Below are positions 9,742-17,137 of a stretch of DNA of 27,665 nucleotides, piece after piece; the stretch's first letter is position 1, and each line of letters opens with the position of its first letter. Below the pieces are notes generated by a model. That model saw only the letters and a program-made list of their open reading frames with translations, ran no database searches and was not told the DNA's origin. The position numbers and the translations under genes are program-made. Source of the stretch: a bacterium. Lineage in GTDB: Bacteria; Hinthialibacterota; Hinthialibacteria; Hinthialibacterales; Hinthialibacteraceae. The stretch lies in assembly GCA_041946805.1 (NCBI GenBank), contig JBHGBC010000078.1, forward strand, positions 1 to 27,665. Reading direction: 5' to 3'.

Positions 9742-9768
9742 TAATGTTTATCTATTTAGTAAACATTA
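9742..9768. promoter_or_regulatory. Candidate operator palindrome in AT-rich divergent intergenic region
   Basis: TAATGTTTA-N9-TAAACATTA perfect inverted repeat between the divergent DUF362 and GH20 genes. Confidence 0.3.
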
Positions 9769-9811
9769 AGCACTCTCTGTCTATGTCCCTTTTAGGGAAG
9801 GAATTACCTGT

Positions 9812-9848
9812 CAATCCCCTCCTAACCTCCCCCGATCATCGGGGGAGG
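9812..9848 (+). repeat. CTCCCCC..GGGGGAG hairpin repeat
   Basis: CAATCCCCTCCTAACCTCCCCCGATCATCGGGGGAGG, similar to the ends of 1871-1994. Confidence 0.65.
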
Positions 9849-10042
9849 AATCGAGTGGCCATGGGCATTCGGGAGGATAAAGCCCAAAGGATGAGAAGGA
9901 ACTCAAGGACCAGCAGGATTACGAGAATCTGGCAGGTGGGACGCTGGTATTATCAGTTCCCTCTCCCTGGCCCTTTACCAGGGGGAGGGACGAAGATGGA
10001 AGTTAATCGTTGGTGAGGTATGCTACTCCATTGCACCATAGA

Positions 10043-10076
10043 TAGGGTGGGTTTCGCTGCGCTCAATCCACCCTGC
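10043..10076. repeat. Degenerate REP-like palindrome
   Basis: TAGGGTGGGTTTCGCTGCGCTCAATCCACCCTGC forms an imperfect stem. Confidence 0.5.
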
Positions 10077-10218
10077 CACTCCGGGGAAAACTTCCCCATT
10101 CAAAAAACTCCAAGGTAAATAGCCGTTCACCGGCCGGATGTGGTATAGTCGTGGCGGTGTGATCTTCTTGTACGATTTTTGAAATGAAACGAGCAATCAG
10201 ATGAATGCGGAGCCAACC

Positions 10219-11802
10219 ATGTGGACCCCAAAAGCAAACCTCATTATCCTGTGCGCGGCCGCGATGATTTTGATTTGTGAACCTGGATACACGGAGATAG
10301 TGAATATGGCCTTGATTCCCATCCCCGCGCGCATGAATGTGCATGAAGGCGTTTTTCGAATCCAAACCACCACGGCGATTGTGCAGGACCAAATCGCCGA
10401 TTCACCCATCGATCTGGGCGCGTACCTGGCGGAATGCCTGCGGCAGGATCTGGGGATCCAGCCATCTGTTCAGGCGCGTTCCGGTGAGGCGATTCCGAAC
10501 GCGATCGTGTTGAGACTCGATCCCGGGCGAACCGGCCTGGGAGACGAGGGGTACCGGCTCACCGTGGCGGAGAGGGGGGTCGAGATCCTCGCGCGCCAGC
10601 CCGCGGGCCTGTTTTACGGCATCCAGACGCTCCGGCAGCTGGCGGCGGGAGCGGAAAAGGGGGCCATTCCCCGCGTGACCATCGAGGACGCGCCACTCTA
10701 TCCCTGGCGGGGATTGCTGCTGGATTGCGCGCGGCATTTTTTGGAACAAGATTTCATCAAGCGGTACATCGACTTGATGGCCTATCACAAGTTGAACCGG
10801 CTGCATCTGCATTTGACGGACGACCAGGGCTGGCGCATCGAGATCAAAAAATATCCGAAATTGACCGAGACCGGCGCGTGGCGGGATGAAGGCGGCCAAC
10901 GCTACGGCGGATTTTACACGCAGGCGGAGTTGAAGGAGATCGTGGAATACGCACGGAAGCGGTTCATCACCGTGGTTCCGGAATTCGAGATGCCCGGCCA
11001 CGCCACCGCGGCGGCCGCCAGCTATCCGGACTTGCTGTGCCGGGGCGAGGCGGTCCCCGTGCAGACGGAATGGGGCATATTCCCCGACGTGTTTTGCCCA
11101 GGGAAAGAAAGCACCTTCGAGTTTCTGGAAGGCGTGCTGGACGAGATCACGGAGATTTTCCCCTCGGCGTTCATCCATATCGGCGGCGACGAAGCGCCCC
11201 GCGACCGCTGGAAGGAATGCCCCCATTGCCAGCAGCGGATGAAGGAGAAGGGGTTCAAAAGCGAGGACGAATTGCAGGGCTACCTCATCGAGCGCGTGGC
11301 CCGCTTTCTTTCGATCAAAGACCGGCGCCTGATCGGGTGGGATGAGATCCTGGACGTGGGCGGCCTGCCGAAAACGGCCGTGGTGCAATCGTGGCGGGGC
11401 ATGGCCGGGGCGGTGCGCGCCGCGCAGCTGGGGCATGACGTCATTTCGTCTCCCAACGGTTTTGTGTATTTCGATTATCCCCAGGACGCGGCGCACGCTC
11501 AAACCAAGCCGGATTGGATGCAAACCACAACCCTGGAGAAGGTCTATCAATTCCAGCCCACGCCGCCGGAACTGACCGCCGGAGAGGCGAAGCGCGTCTG
11601 GGGAGCGGAGTGCACGATGTGGTCGGAACATGCGCCGCAGGAGAAAATCGACGAGCAGTTGTTCCCGCGGGTCTGCGCCTTCACGGAAGTGCTCTGGTCG
11701 CCCCCGGAGCGGCGGAGCTGGGAGGATTTTCAGCAACGGCTGAAGGCGCATTACGGCCGGTTGGAAAAGCTGGGTGTGAAGTATTACCGGGGGGAGAATT
11801 GA
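10219..11802 (+). CDS. Beta-N-acetylhexosaminidase (GH20)
   Basis: GH20b N-domain (DEGYRL, GLFYGIQTLRQL), WRGLLLDCARHF, HLTDDQGWRIEI, PEFEMPGH, catalytic HIGGDE and WSE motifs. Start is 10201 or 10219. Confidence 0.95.
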   Translation: MWTPKANLIILCAAAMILICEPGYTEIVNMALIPIPARMNVHEGVFRIQTTTAIVQDQIADSPIDLGAYLAECLRQDLGIQPSVQARSGEAIPNAIVLRLDPGRTGLGDEGYRLTVAERGVEILARQPAGLFYGIQTLRQLAAGAEKGAIPRVTIEDAPLYPWRGLLLDCARHFLEQDFIKRYIDLMAYHKLNRLHLHLTDDQGWRIEIKKYPKLTETGAWRDEGGQRYGGFYTQAELKEIVEYARKRFITVVPEFEMPGHATAAAASYPDLLCRGEAVPVQTEWGIFPDVFCPGKESTFEFLEGVLDEITEIFPSAFIHIGGDEAPRDRWKECPHCQQRMKEKGFKSEDELQGYLIERVARFLSIKDRRLIGWDEILDVGGLPKTAVVQSWRGMAGAVRAAQLGHDVISSPNGFVYFDYPQDAAHAQTKPDWMQTTTLEKVYQFQPTPPELTAGEAKRVWGAECTMWSEHAPQEKIDEQLFPRVCAFTEVLWSPPERRSWEDFQQRLKAHYGRLEKLGVKYYRGEN

Positions 11803-11806
11803 GCGT

Positions 11807-11894
11807 CCGCCAGGGGTTTTACCCCTGGCAAAAGCAGAAAGCGCCCCTCCGGGGCTGTTTTCCCTCACCCTTGTCCTTTCCCAGAGGGAGAGGG
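11807..11894 (+). repeat. Composite REP block, copy 1 (direct repeat with 12850-12936)
   Basis: CCAGGGG..CCCCTGG hairpin, then AAAGCAGAAAGCGCCCCTCCGGGGCTGTTTT, then a CCCTC hairpin. Confidence 0.85.
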
Positions 11895-11919
11895 GGCAGA
11901 AGAGCGGGGGATTATTTCT

Positions 11920-12129
11920 GGTACATCCGAGAAGTGCGTACATAATGAGGTAAAATCGATTTTATTCACTCCGGGATAAGAGCGGACACCAAGGTCCGCC
12001 CCTGCAAAAAATCCCTCGTCCTAGCCTTCTCCCAGAGGGAGAGGGAATTTTGGGGGTGGTTTTTATCGATCACTTCGAAGAGATGCGAACCGGCGATCTG
12101 AAAAAAAGTACGCACTGGCCGGATGAGCC
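11920..12129 (+). mobile_element. MITE family A, complete (210 bp)
   Basis: TIRs GGTACATCCGAGAAGTGCGTAC / GTACGCACTGGCCGGATGAGCC. 8-bp direct repeat TTATTTCT at 11912-11919 and 12130-12137. Confidence 0.92.
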
Positions 12130-12229
12130 TTATTTCTGAATCAGGAAAGTCAGGAAGCGCAAGATGACCAGGATGTCGATGGATTACGCGCGGCGCGCTG
12201 ATCCGATGCGAGCGTGGGAGGAAACGGAG

Positions 12230-12817
12230 ATGATGAACAGCGGTTTTACCTTGATCGAGTTGTTGATCGTGGTGGCGATCATCGGGATCCTGGCGGCGAT
12301 TGCGGTGCCCAACTTTCTCAACGCGCAGATCCGCGCCAAGATCGCCCGCTGCGAAGCCGACGCGCGGAGCATCGGCACGGCGCTGGAATCGTACCACCTG
12401 GACACCAACGAATATCCGCCCGACGCGCGGTCCGGGGTTTACACGCATTTCTCGCTCAAATGGGCCGATCAGCCCTCCGCCGGCAAACATTTGACCACCC
12501 CGGTGGCGTACATGTCCTCCATCCCCTGGGACGCCTTCAACAGCAAGATGGGCTGGGTGGGATGGACGCCCATCAACAACGCCGAGATGGACATGAAGGC
12601 CATGTTCTTTTTGAACCGCAAATACAACGAGGGGGTGAATTCGTGGGAGCCGGGCCTGCCCTTCGAAAACCGCTTCCGCGGCGCGCATTGGCATATTTAT
12701 TCCATCGGCCCGTCGGTGGAGTACGGCTGGCGGGAGGAACTGACGGCCTGCTGGCTGATGCCCTACGAACCCAGTAACGGCTTGACCAGCAAGGGCGGCA
12801 TTTGGCGGATAGGGTGA
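12230..12817 (+). CDS. Prepilin-type N-terminal cleavage/methylation protein (GspG/pilin-like), paralog 1
   Basis: G|FTLIELLIVVAIIGILAAIAVPNF, LTTPVAY, SIGP and C-terminal YEPSNGLTSKGGI. Start is 12230 or 12233. Confidence 0.92.
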   Translation: MMNSGFTLIELLIVVAIIGILAAIAVPNFLNAQIRAKIARCEADARSIGTALESYHLDTNEYPPDARSGVYTHFSLKWADQPSAGKHLTTPVAYMSSIPWDAFNSKMGWVGWTPINNAEMDMKAMFFLNRKYNEGVNSWEPGLPFENRFRGAHWHIYSIGPSVEYGWREELTACWLMPYEPSNGLTSKGGIWRIG

Positions 12818-12849
12818 GGGAAATAGAAAAATTCACCGCGGAGACGCGC

Positions 12850-12936
12850 CCGCCAGGGGTTGTACCCCTGGTTAAAGCAGAAAGCGCCCCTCCGGGGCTG
12901 TTTTCCCTCACCCCGGCCCTCTCCCAGTGAGAGGGA
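12850..12936 (+). repeat. Composite REP block, copy 2
   Basis: Closely similar to 11807-11894, including an identical AAAGCAGAAAGCGCCCCTCCGGGGCTGTTTTCCCTCACCC. Confidence 0.85.
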
Positions 12937-13016
12937 GAAGTTGGTGGGGAGGGTGGATGATGGGTCATGCGCGGCGCGCTGATCCATTCCATTCAATTTT
13001 TCGTGGTGAGGTGAGT

Positions 13017-13607
13017 TTATAATTTCGGCACGCCGGGGACGTAGCGGCGGATGATGCCCAGGCTGATGAGGCCGTTGGACGCTTCAAAGGGGACAAACGC
13101 CACGCCGAACGTAAACCCCGTGCCCGCCGCGCCGGTGTATTTCATGGATGGCCCCATGCCGAAGATGATCCCGATCGACTGGTTCCAATATTTGAATTCC
13201 GGGTCCTTGGCGGGATCGATCATTTGCCGCGTCAATCCCCCCCAGTAGCGCTTGTCCAGCGGATCCCAGTGGTGTTGCTTTTTGTGGTAGGTGAGATCCG
13301 AGCCGAAACGGTCCTCGGCCACGGGCGTATCCTGGAACGGATCGTACATGAAACCGGAGAGGTAGGGCACGGGCGTGGTCAGCCACCAGTTCTGGTTCGG
13401 CTCATGCGAATGGGGAGGATTGTCGTTGACATCGGCCATGTATTGCAGGATCGCCAGTTCCATGGTGCGTTGGTCGGAAAGGGAGCGGGAGATCTTGGCG
13501 CGGATTTGGGCGTTGAGAAAATTGGGGACGGCAATGGCGGCCAGAATGCCGATGATGGCCACGACGATCAGCAGTTCAATTAATGTAAAACCGCAGGATT
13601 TTGTCAT
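13017..13607 (-). CDS. Prepilin-type N-terminal cleavage/methylation protein, paralog 2
   Basis: G|FTLIE..., LTTPVPY..DPF, GMGP and FEASNGLISLGII motifs. GGGAGAGG RBS. Confidence 0.92.
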   Translation of the reverse strand: MTKSCGFTLIELLIVVAIIGILAAIAVPNFLNAQIRAKISRSLSDQRTMELAILQYMADVNDNPPHSHEPNQNWWLTTPVPYLSGFMYDPFQDTPVAEDRFGSDLTYHKKQHHWDPLDKRYWGGLTRQMIDPAKDPEFKYWNQSIGIIFGMGPSMKYTGAAGTGFTFGVAFVPFEASNGLISLGIIRRYVPGVPKL

Positions 13608-13740
13608 GAAAGCCTCTCCCCTCCGAATGCTAGTCCAAACATGGTAATATTATATCTATCAATTTAAAAGATAGCATATCGCGCCGGGAAAAAGAAGTGA
13701 CCCTGGGGCGATTGCAGGGGGAAAAAGACGGTTCAAGCGT

Positions 13741-14196
13741 TCACCGCGGCGGGTGGGGCATTCGAGATCCTGGTTTTCCCCCCTTATGTGGGATGTTGTT
13801 TTCATGTCCGCGTGGCCAGGGGGAGAGATCCGTGCGAAGGGGGGCGCCCGGGGCTGGTTCCGAAGCGTGCATCAGCAAACCGGGGGCGGGGTGGGAAAGA
13901 GGGAACGGGGATTGGGAAGGATTCGTGAGTAGAAGTCCGAGACTGCCCGCGCGGTTTTGAGCCGGTCCTGCCGGTAGAGAAGAAGCGGGATGGGCAGGTT
14001 GCAGGTTGTCCAGCATGCTCATTTTTTTCCTCCAGTCCAGGTACTGCCGGAGAGAGGATAAATACAAACGGATCAGGGAGATGGCATGGGGATTGAGCAA
14101 ATCTTCCTGCTGCTGGATATCATGGCTCAGTTTTTGGATCAGTTTTTCGAGATCCTGGAGGACATCGGTTTCAAAGGAGTGAGCGGGCATGGGCAT
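13741..14196 (-). CDS. Hypothetical protein (helical N-terminus, Pro-rich disordered tail)
   Basis: 151-aa ORF with an AGAGGA RBS and amphipathic helical first ~65 aa. No family recognised. Confidence 0.5.
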   Translation of the reverse strand: MPMPAHSFETDVLQDLEKLIQKLSHDIQQQEDLLNPHAISLIRLYLSSLRQYLDWRKKMSMLDNLQPAHPASSLPAGPAQNRAGSLGLLLTNPSQSPFPLSHPAPGLLMHASEPAPGAPLRTDLSPWPRGHENNIPHKGGKPGSRMPHPPR

Positions 14197-14413
14197 GGGT
14201 GTTCCTCTGGTTGGGAAATATATGACGGCCAGAAATAATGTCTCTATTGATAGAGAGAAAGGCGCAAAAAAGGGAATTAATTCGGGGAGGGAGTAAAGGA
14301 CATAGTTCCTGTTGAGTTTTTTCCTACGTAGATCAAATTACAAAAAACGGGAACGGGTTAATCGATTGTACGAACAGCCAATAGGGCGCCCTTTCCGGGC
14401 TTCCCTCACCCTA

Positions 14414-14895
14414 GGTTCTGTTGAGTTTTTCCAAGTTGATATAAAACCAGTAGATGTAACAACCATTCCGGTTGCATACCTGTCCGGTATGACACCCTTT
14501 CCGAACTACCCTCACCCTGCCCCTCTCCCAGAGGGAGAGGGAATAATTCCTTTGGTTCATCCGGCAAGTGCGTACCTGTTAGTGCAAAAGGCCTTTCATT
14601 CAATTGCTAATCCGGGTGGACACCCAGGTCCGACACTATGAAAAATCCCTCACCCTAAATCTCTCCCAGAGGGAGAGGGGATTAGGGGATTGATTTCCCC
14701 GGCCCGGCCGATGGAAAAGCGGCCCGGCCTGGTTGATAAAAAGTACTCACTTACCGGATGAACCATTCCTTTTATCGTCCTTTTCCCCGGGCGTTGCCCC
14801 GGATCAGTTTGTTACGCGCCTTTTGCGCGCCGTTGGCGCTTGCATCACAATACGGAATTCCGATGAAGCATGTATTACGAAAACTCAACCGAACC
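14414..14895 (+). mobile_element. MITE family B (263 bp without the nested A copy)
   Basis: TIRs GGTTCTGTTGAGTTTT / AAAACTCAACCGAACC. Flanked by a TA (or CTAG) duplication that splits a CCCTCACCC-TA-GCCCTCTCCC repeat. Confidence 0.85.
14554..14764 (+). mobile_element. MITE family A, complete (211 bp), nested in B
   Basis: TIRs GGTTCATCCGGCAAGTGCGTAC / GTACTCACTTACCGGATGAACC. 8-bp direct repeat ATTCCTTT at 14546-14553 and 14765-14772. Confidence 0.92.
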
Positions 14896-15386
14896 TAGCC
14901 CTCTCCCGGGGGGATAGGGAGGAGAAGAGCGGGAGGAGTATCTGAATCAGGATAGTCCGGATGCACAGGAGGACCAGGATGGGATCAAGACAGGCGGATT
15001 GATTCAGCAAGGGCGGGAAGGAGAAACAGAGGGCGCAGAGAAATACTTGGATGGACACCTAGGGCCGTCCCTTCAGGATGCAGGTAAGACGCCTGCACCA
15101 CAAGAGGGCAAAATCCGGCCGGATGACTGCACCACAAAAGGCTTTCCCGCACTCCGGCCCTCACTGGGGAGAGAAGGGAGACGGGGTGGTTTGCGTTGAA
15201 AAAGCCGGTTCGATGGCAGCCGCGGATACACGAAAAAACCTCCACCAGCCAGAGACATCCGGAAAAACGATTGACGGCACGGCCCGGGATATGAGAGAAT
15301 CAATCGATAGGTTATGGAGACAGGAAGGGCCGGGGCACGGCGGAATGGACTTTTATCGGTATCGAAAAATACCAGAGGAACCGGGG

Positions 15387-15980
15387 ATGACCAGAACCAA
15401 GGCGGGGCAAGGATTTACGCTGATCGAATTATTGATCGTAGTGGCCATTATCGGGATTTTGGCGGCGATCGCGGTGCCTAATTTTCTCAACGCGCAGATC
15501 CGGGCCAAGATCGCGCGGGTGCAGGCGGACATCCGCACCTTGGGGCTCGCCATCCAGATGTACGCCACCGACAAGGGGGATGTGCCGCCCGATATGAACA
15601 CCGGGGGTTATTCCTCGTACATGGTCAATCAGCTCAAGATGTTGACCACGCCGGTGGCGTATATGTCCAGTTTTCCACCGGATCCGTTCAATCCCGGCGC
15701 GGATTCCAACAACGCGGGTTGGGTGCCCACCGAGCGGCAGTTCATGTATTCCGAGTACATCACCAAAAAGGGGAGCGCGGGGACGTTTTGGTCGCCGTTC
15801 GAGCATGTGGAATTGAACAAGGGGCAAAATAACATAAACTACCGCGGTTTCTTGTTTTCGGTCGGCCCTTCGCGGACCCGGTATTTGGGGACCGATTATT
15901 CGATCGGCTGCTGGCACATGGATTATGAAAGTTCGAACGGGCTGACGTCGTTTGGATCGATCCGGCGGTTCATCGAGTGA
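15387..15980 (+). CDS. Prepilin-type N-terminal cleavage/methylation protein, paralog 3
   Basis: MTRTKAGQG|FTLIE..., LTTPVAY..PDPF, SVGP and YESSNGLTSFGSI motifs. AGAGGA upstream of ATG 15387. Confidence 0.92.
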   Translation: MTRTKAGQGFTLIELLIVVAIIGILAAIAVPNFLNAQIRAKIARVQADIRTLGLAIQMYATDKGDVPPDMNTGGYSSYMVNQLKMLTTPVAYMSSFPPDPFNPGADSNNAGWVPTERQFMYSEYITKKGSAGTFWSPFEHVELNKGQNNINYRGFLFSVGPSRTRYLGTDYSIGCWHMDYESSNGLTSFGSIRRFIE

Positions 15981-16175
15981 GGGAGACTGCACCGCCGAGG
16001 CGCGGAGGGCGCAGAGAGAATCAGATAAGATTCATCCGGGGAAATGCGGACCAATGATTTTTTACCTAGGGATGTAATCCGGATTTACTGTATCCCCGCG
16101 GAAAAGGGAATCATTTCCCCGATTCGCATACGGTTCCACGCAATGGGAAGAGCGAGAGAATCGCCAGAAGGCTTT

Positions 16176-16208
16176 CCCTCACCCTTCCCCTCTCCCAGAG
16201 GGAGAGGG
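16176..16208 (+). repeat. CCCTC hairpin repeat
   Basis: CCCTCACCCTTCCCCTCTCCCAGAGGGAGAGGG. Confidence 0.85.
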
Positions 16209-16377
16209 AAGAATAGGAAGGTAATCGTGGGCAGGTTTCGCCGTGCTTAACCAACCCTAAATTTTCCGCATATTCAACCGTTTTCTAACCTCCTACGATC
16301 TTCGGAAGAATAAAAGGGCGTGAGGGACGAAAAGGATCGGGCGGGCACTTAAGTGCCATTAAAAAGGGGAAGACGCA

Positions 16378-16581
16378 ATGAAAGAGGCCATTATCCTGTC
16401 GAATTTGTCCTGCGCGATCATCTCCGCGAAGTGGGCCTTGGACCTTGGATACAGCCAAGTCCGCCAGATTATCATCTTGATTGGCGGCCTGCTGTTCGGG
16501 CCGATCATGCTGCTGATTCTTTATATCCTTTGCGTTCAGAAAACCATGAAGGAGGGGGGATCCGGGGGCCAGCTGCTTTGA
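16378..16581 (+). CDS. Small membrane protein (67 aa)
   Basis: GGGGAAG RBS and ATG start, with two hydrophobic segments including GLLFGPIMLLILY. Confidence 0.55.
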   Translation: MKEAIILSNLSCAIISAKWALDLGYSQVRQIIILIGGLLFGPIMLLILYILCVQKTMKEGGSGGQLL

Positions 16582-16741
16582 AACGGGATGATCGAGGGGA
16601 TGGACCAGCAAGCGGGTTCCTTCTTCCTTGTTCCGCGTTATCCGTGTGGACATAGATGGTCGCCCTTTCAATAGTCCCACATCCCGGCCTTCTCCCGGGG
16701 GGTAGGAGAGCAGAAGTCGTGAGTTTTGTCTGAATCAGGAT

Positions 16742-16768
16742 GTTATCCCCGCGCTTGCGGGGATCCAG
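16742..16768 (+). repeat. Single GTC/TATCCCCGC..GCGGGGATCCAG REP-like hairpin
   Basis: GTTATCCCCGCGCTTGCGGGGATCCAG. Confidence 0.55.
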
Positions 16769-16800
16769 GAAATGGTAGTGCAGGCGGCGCTACCGCAGCC

Positions 16801-16975
16801 AATCCCGAAGGGATTCCATGTGAATAGCCGGGGGTGACAACCCCCGGTTTCGTGCCAATTGAAAACAATCCCGTAGGGGTCGAATGGAATATTCAATCCC
16901 TGCGGGATTGGTATCTGCTCTTAACGAACCGTAGGCTATCGCCTACGGCTATTCACATGGATCCCCTGCGGGGAT
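16801..16975. repeat. Branched REPIN-like palindrome (~175 bp)
   Basis: Perfect 16-bp inverted repeat TCCATGTGAATAGCCG (16815-16830) / CGGCTATTCACATGGA (16946-16961), with terminal, side and central hairpins. Confidence 0.8.
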
Positions 16976-17137
16976 GTAATACTTTTGGTTGATCCGGTTT
17001 TTTGGATAAAGATCAGCTCTTCGGACGAGATTCAGAGTGAGGGATACTCCGCCCAAGTGTGATACATTTCATCTGACTGGCCGGATCAAGAGATCCATTT
17101 ACGATTCCACCACACATTATAAAATTGGAGAAGAAAG

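Noticed and set aside
10402..11943. 513-aa - strand ORF (and similar shadows at 19338-20762, 3113-4054, 24070-25083)
   Set aside because: Antisense to clear genes in GC-rich DNA.
12811..12820. Reverse-orientation CCCTC repeat (AGGGTGAGGG)
   Set aside because: Only the 10-nt leader overlapping the pilin stop codon, with no hairpin; may be chance.
14312..15303. Short ORFs in repeat regions (also 1500-1913, 12573-12996, 21565-21953, 25091-25333)
   Set aside because: Translations of repeats (PHP.PLPEGEG, SLWER.RVR, THLPDEP) with frames not conserved between copies.
15078..15386. Long N-terminal extensions in the ORF track (also 5050-5205, 7557-7808, 12164-12229, 18423-18545)
   Set aside because: Family motifs and RBS positions indicate later starts, and several extensions overlap repeats or other genes.
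12230..15980. Diversity-generating retroelement acting on pilins
   Set aside because: No reverse transcriptase and no template/variable repeat pair differing only at adenines.
16742..16768. Resemblance to a type I-E CRISPR repeat (TCCCCGCG..GCGGGGAT)
   Set aside because: Single copy, no regular spacers and no cas genes.
11800..17100. Integron cassette array
   Set aside because: Genes lie in both orientations, no convincing RYYYAAC...GTTRRRY attC sites were seen, and there is no integrase.
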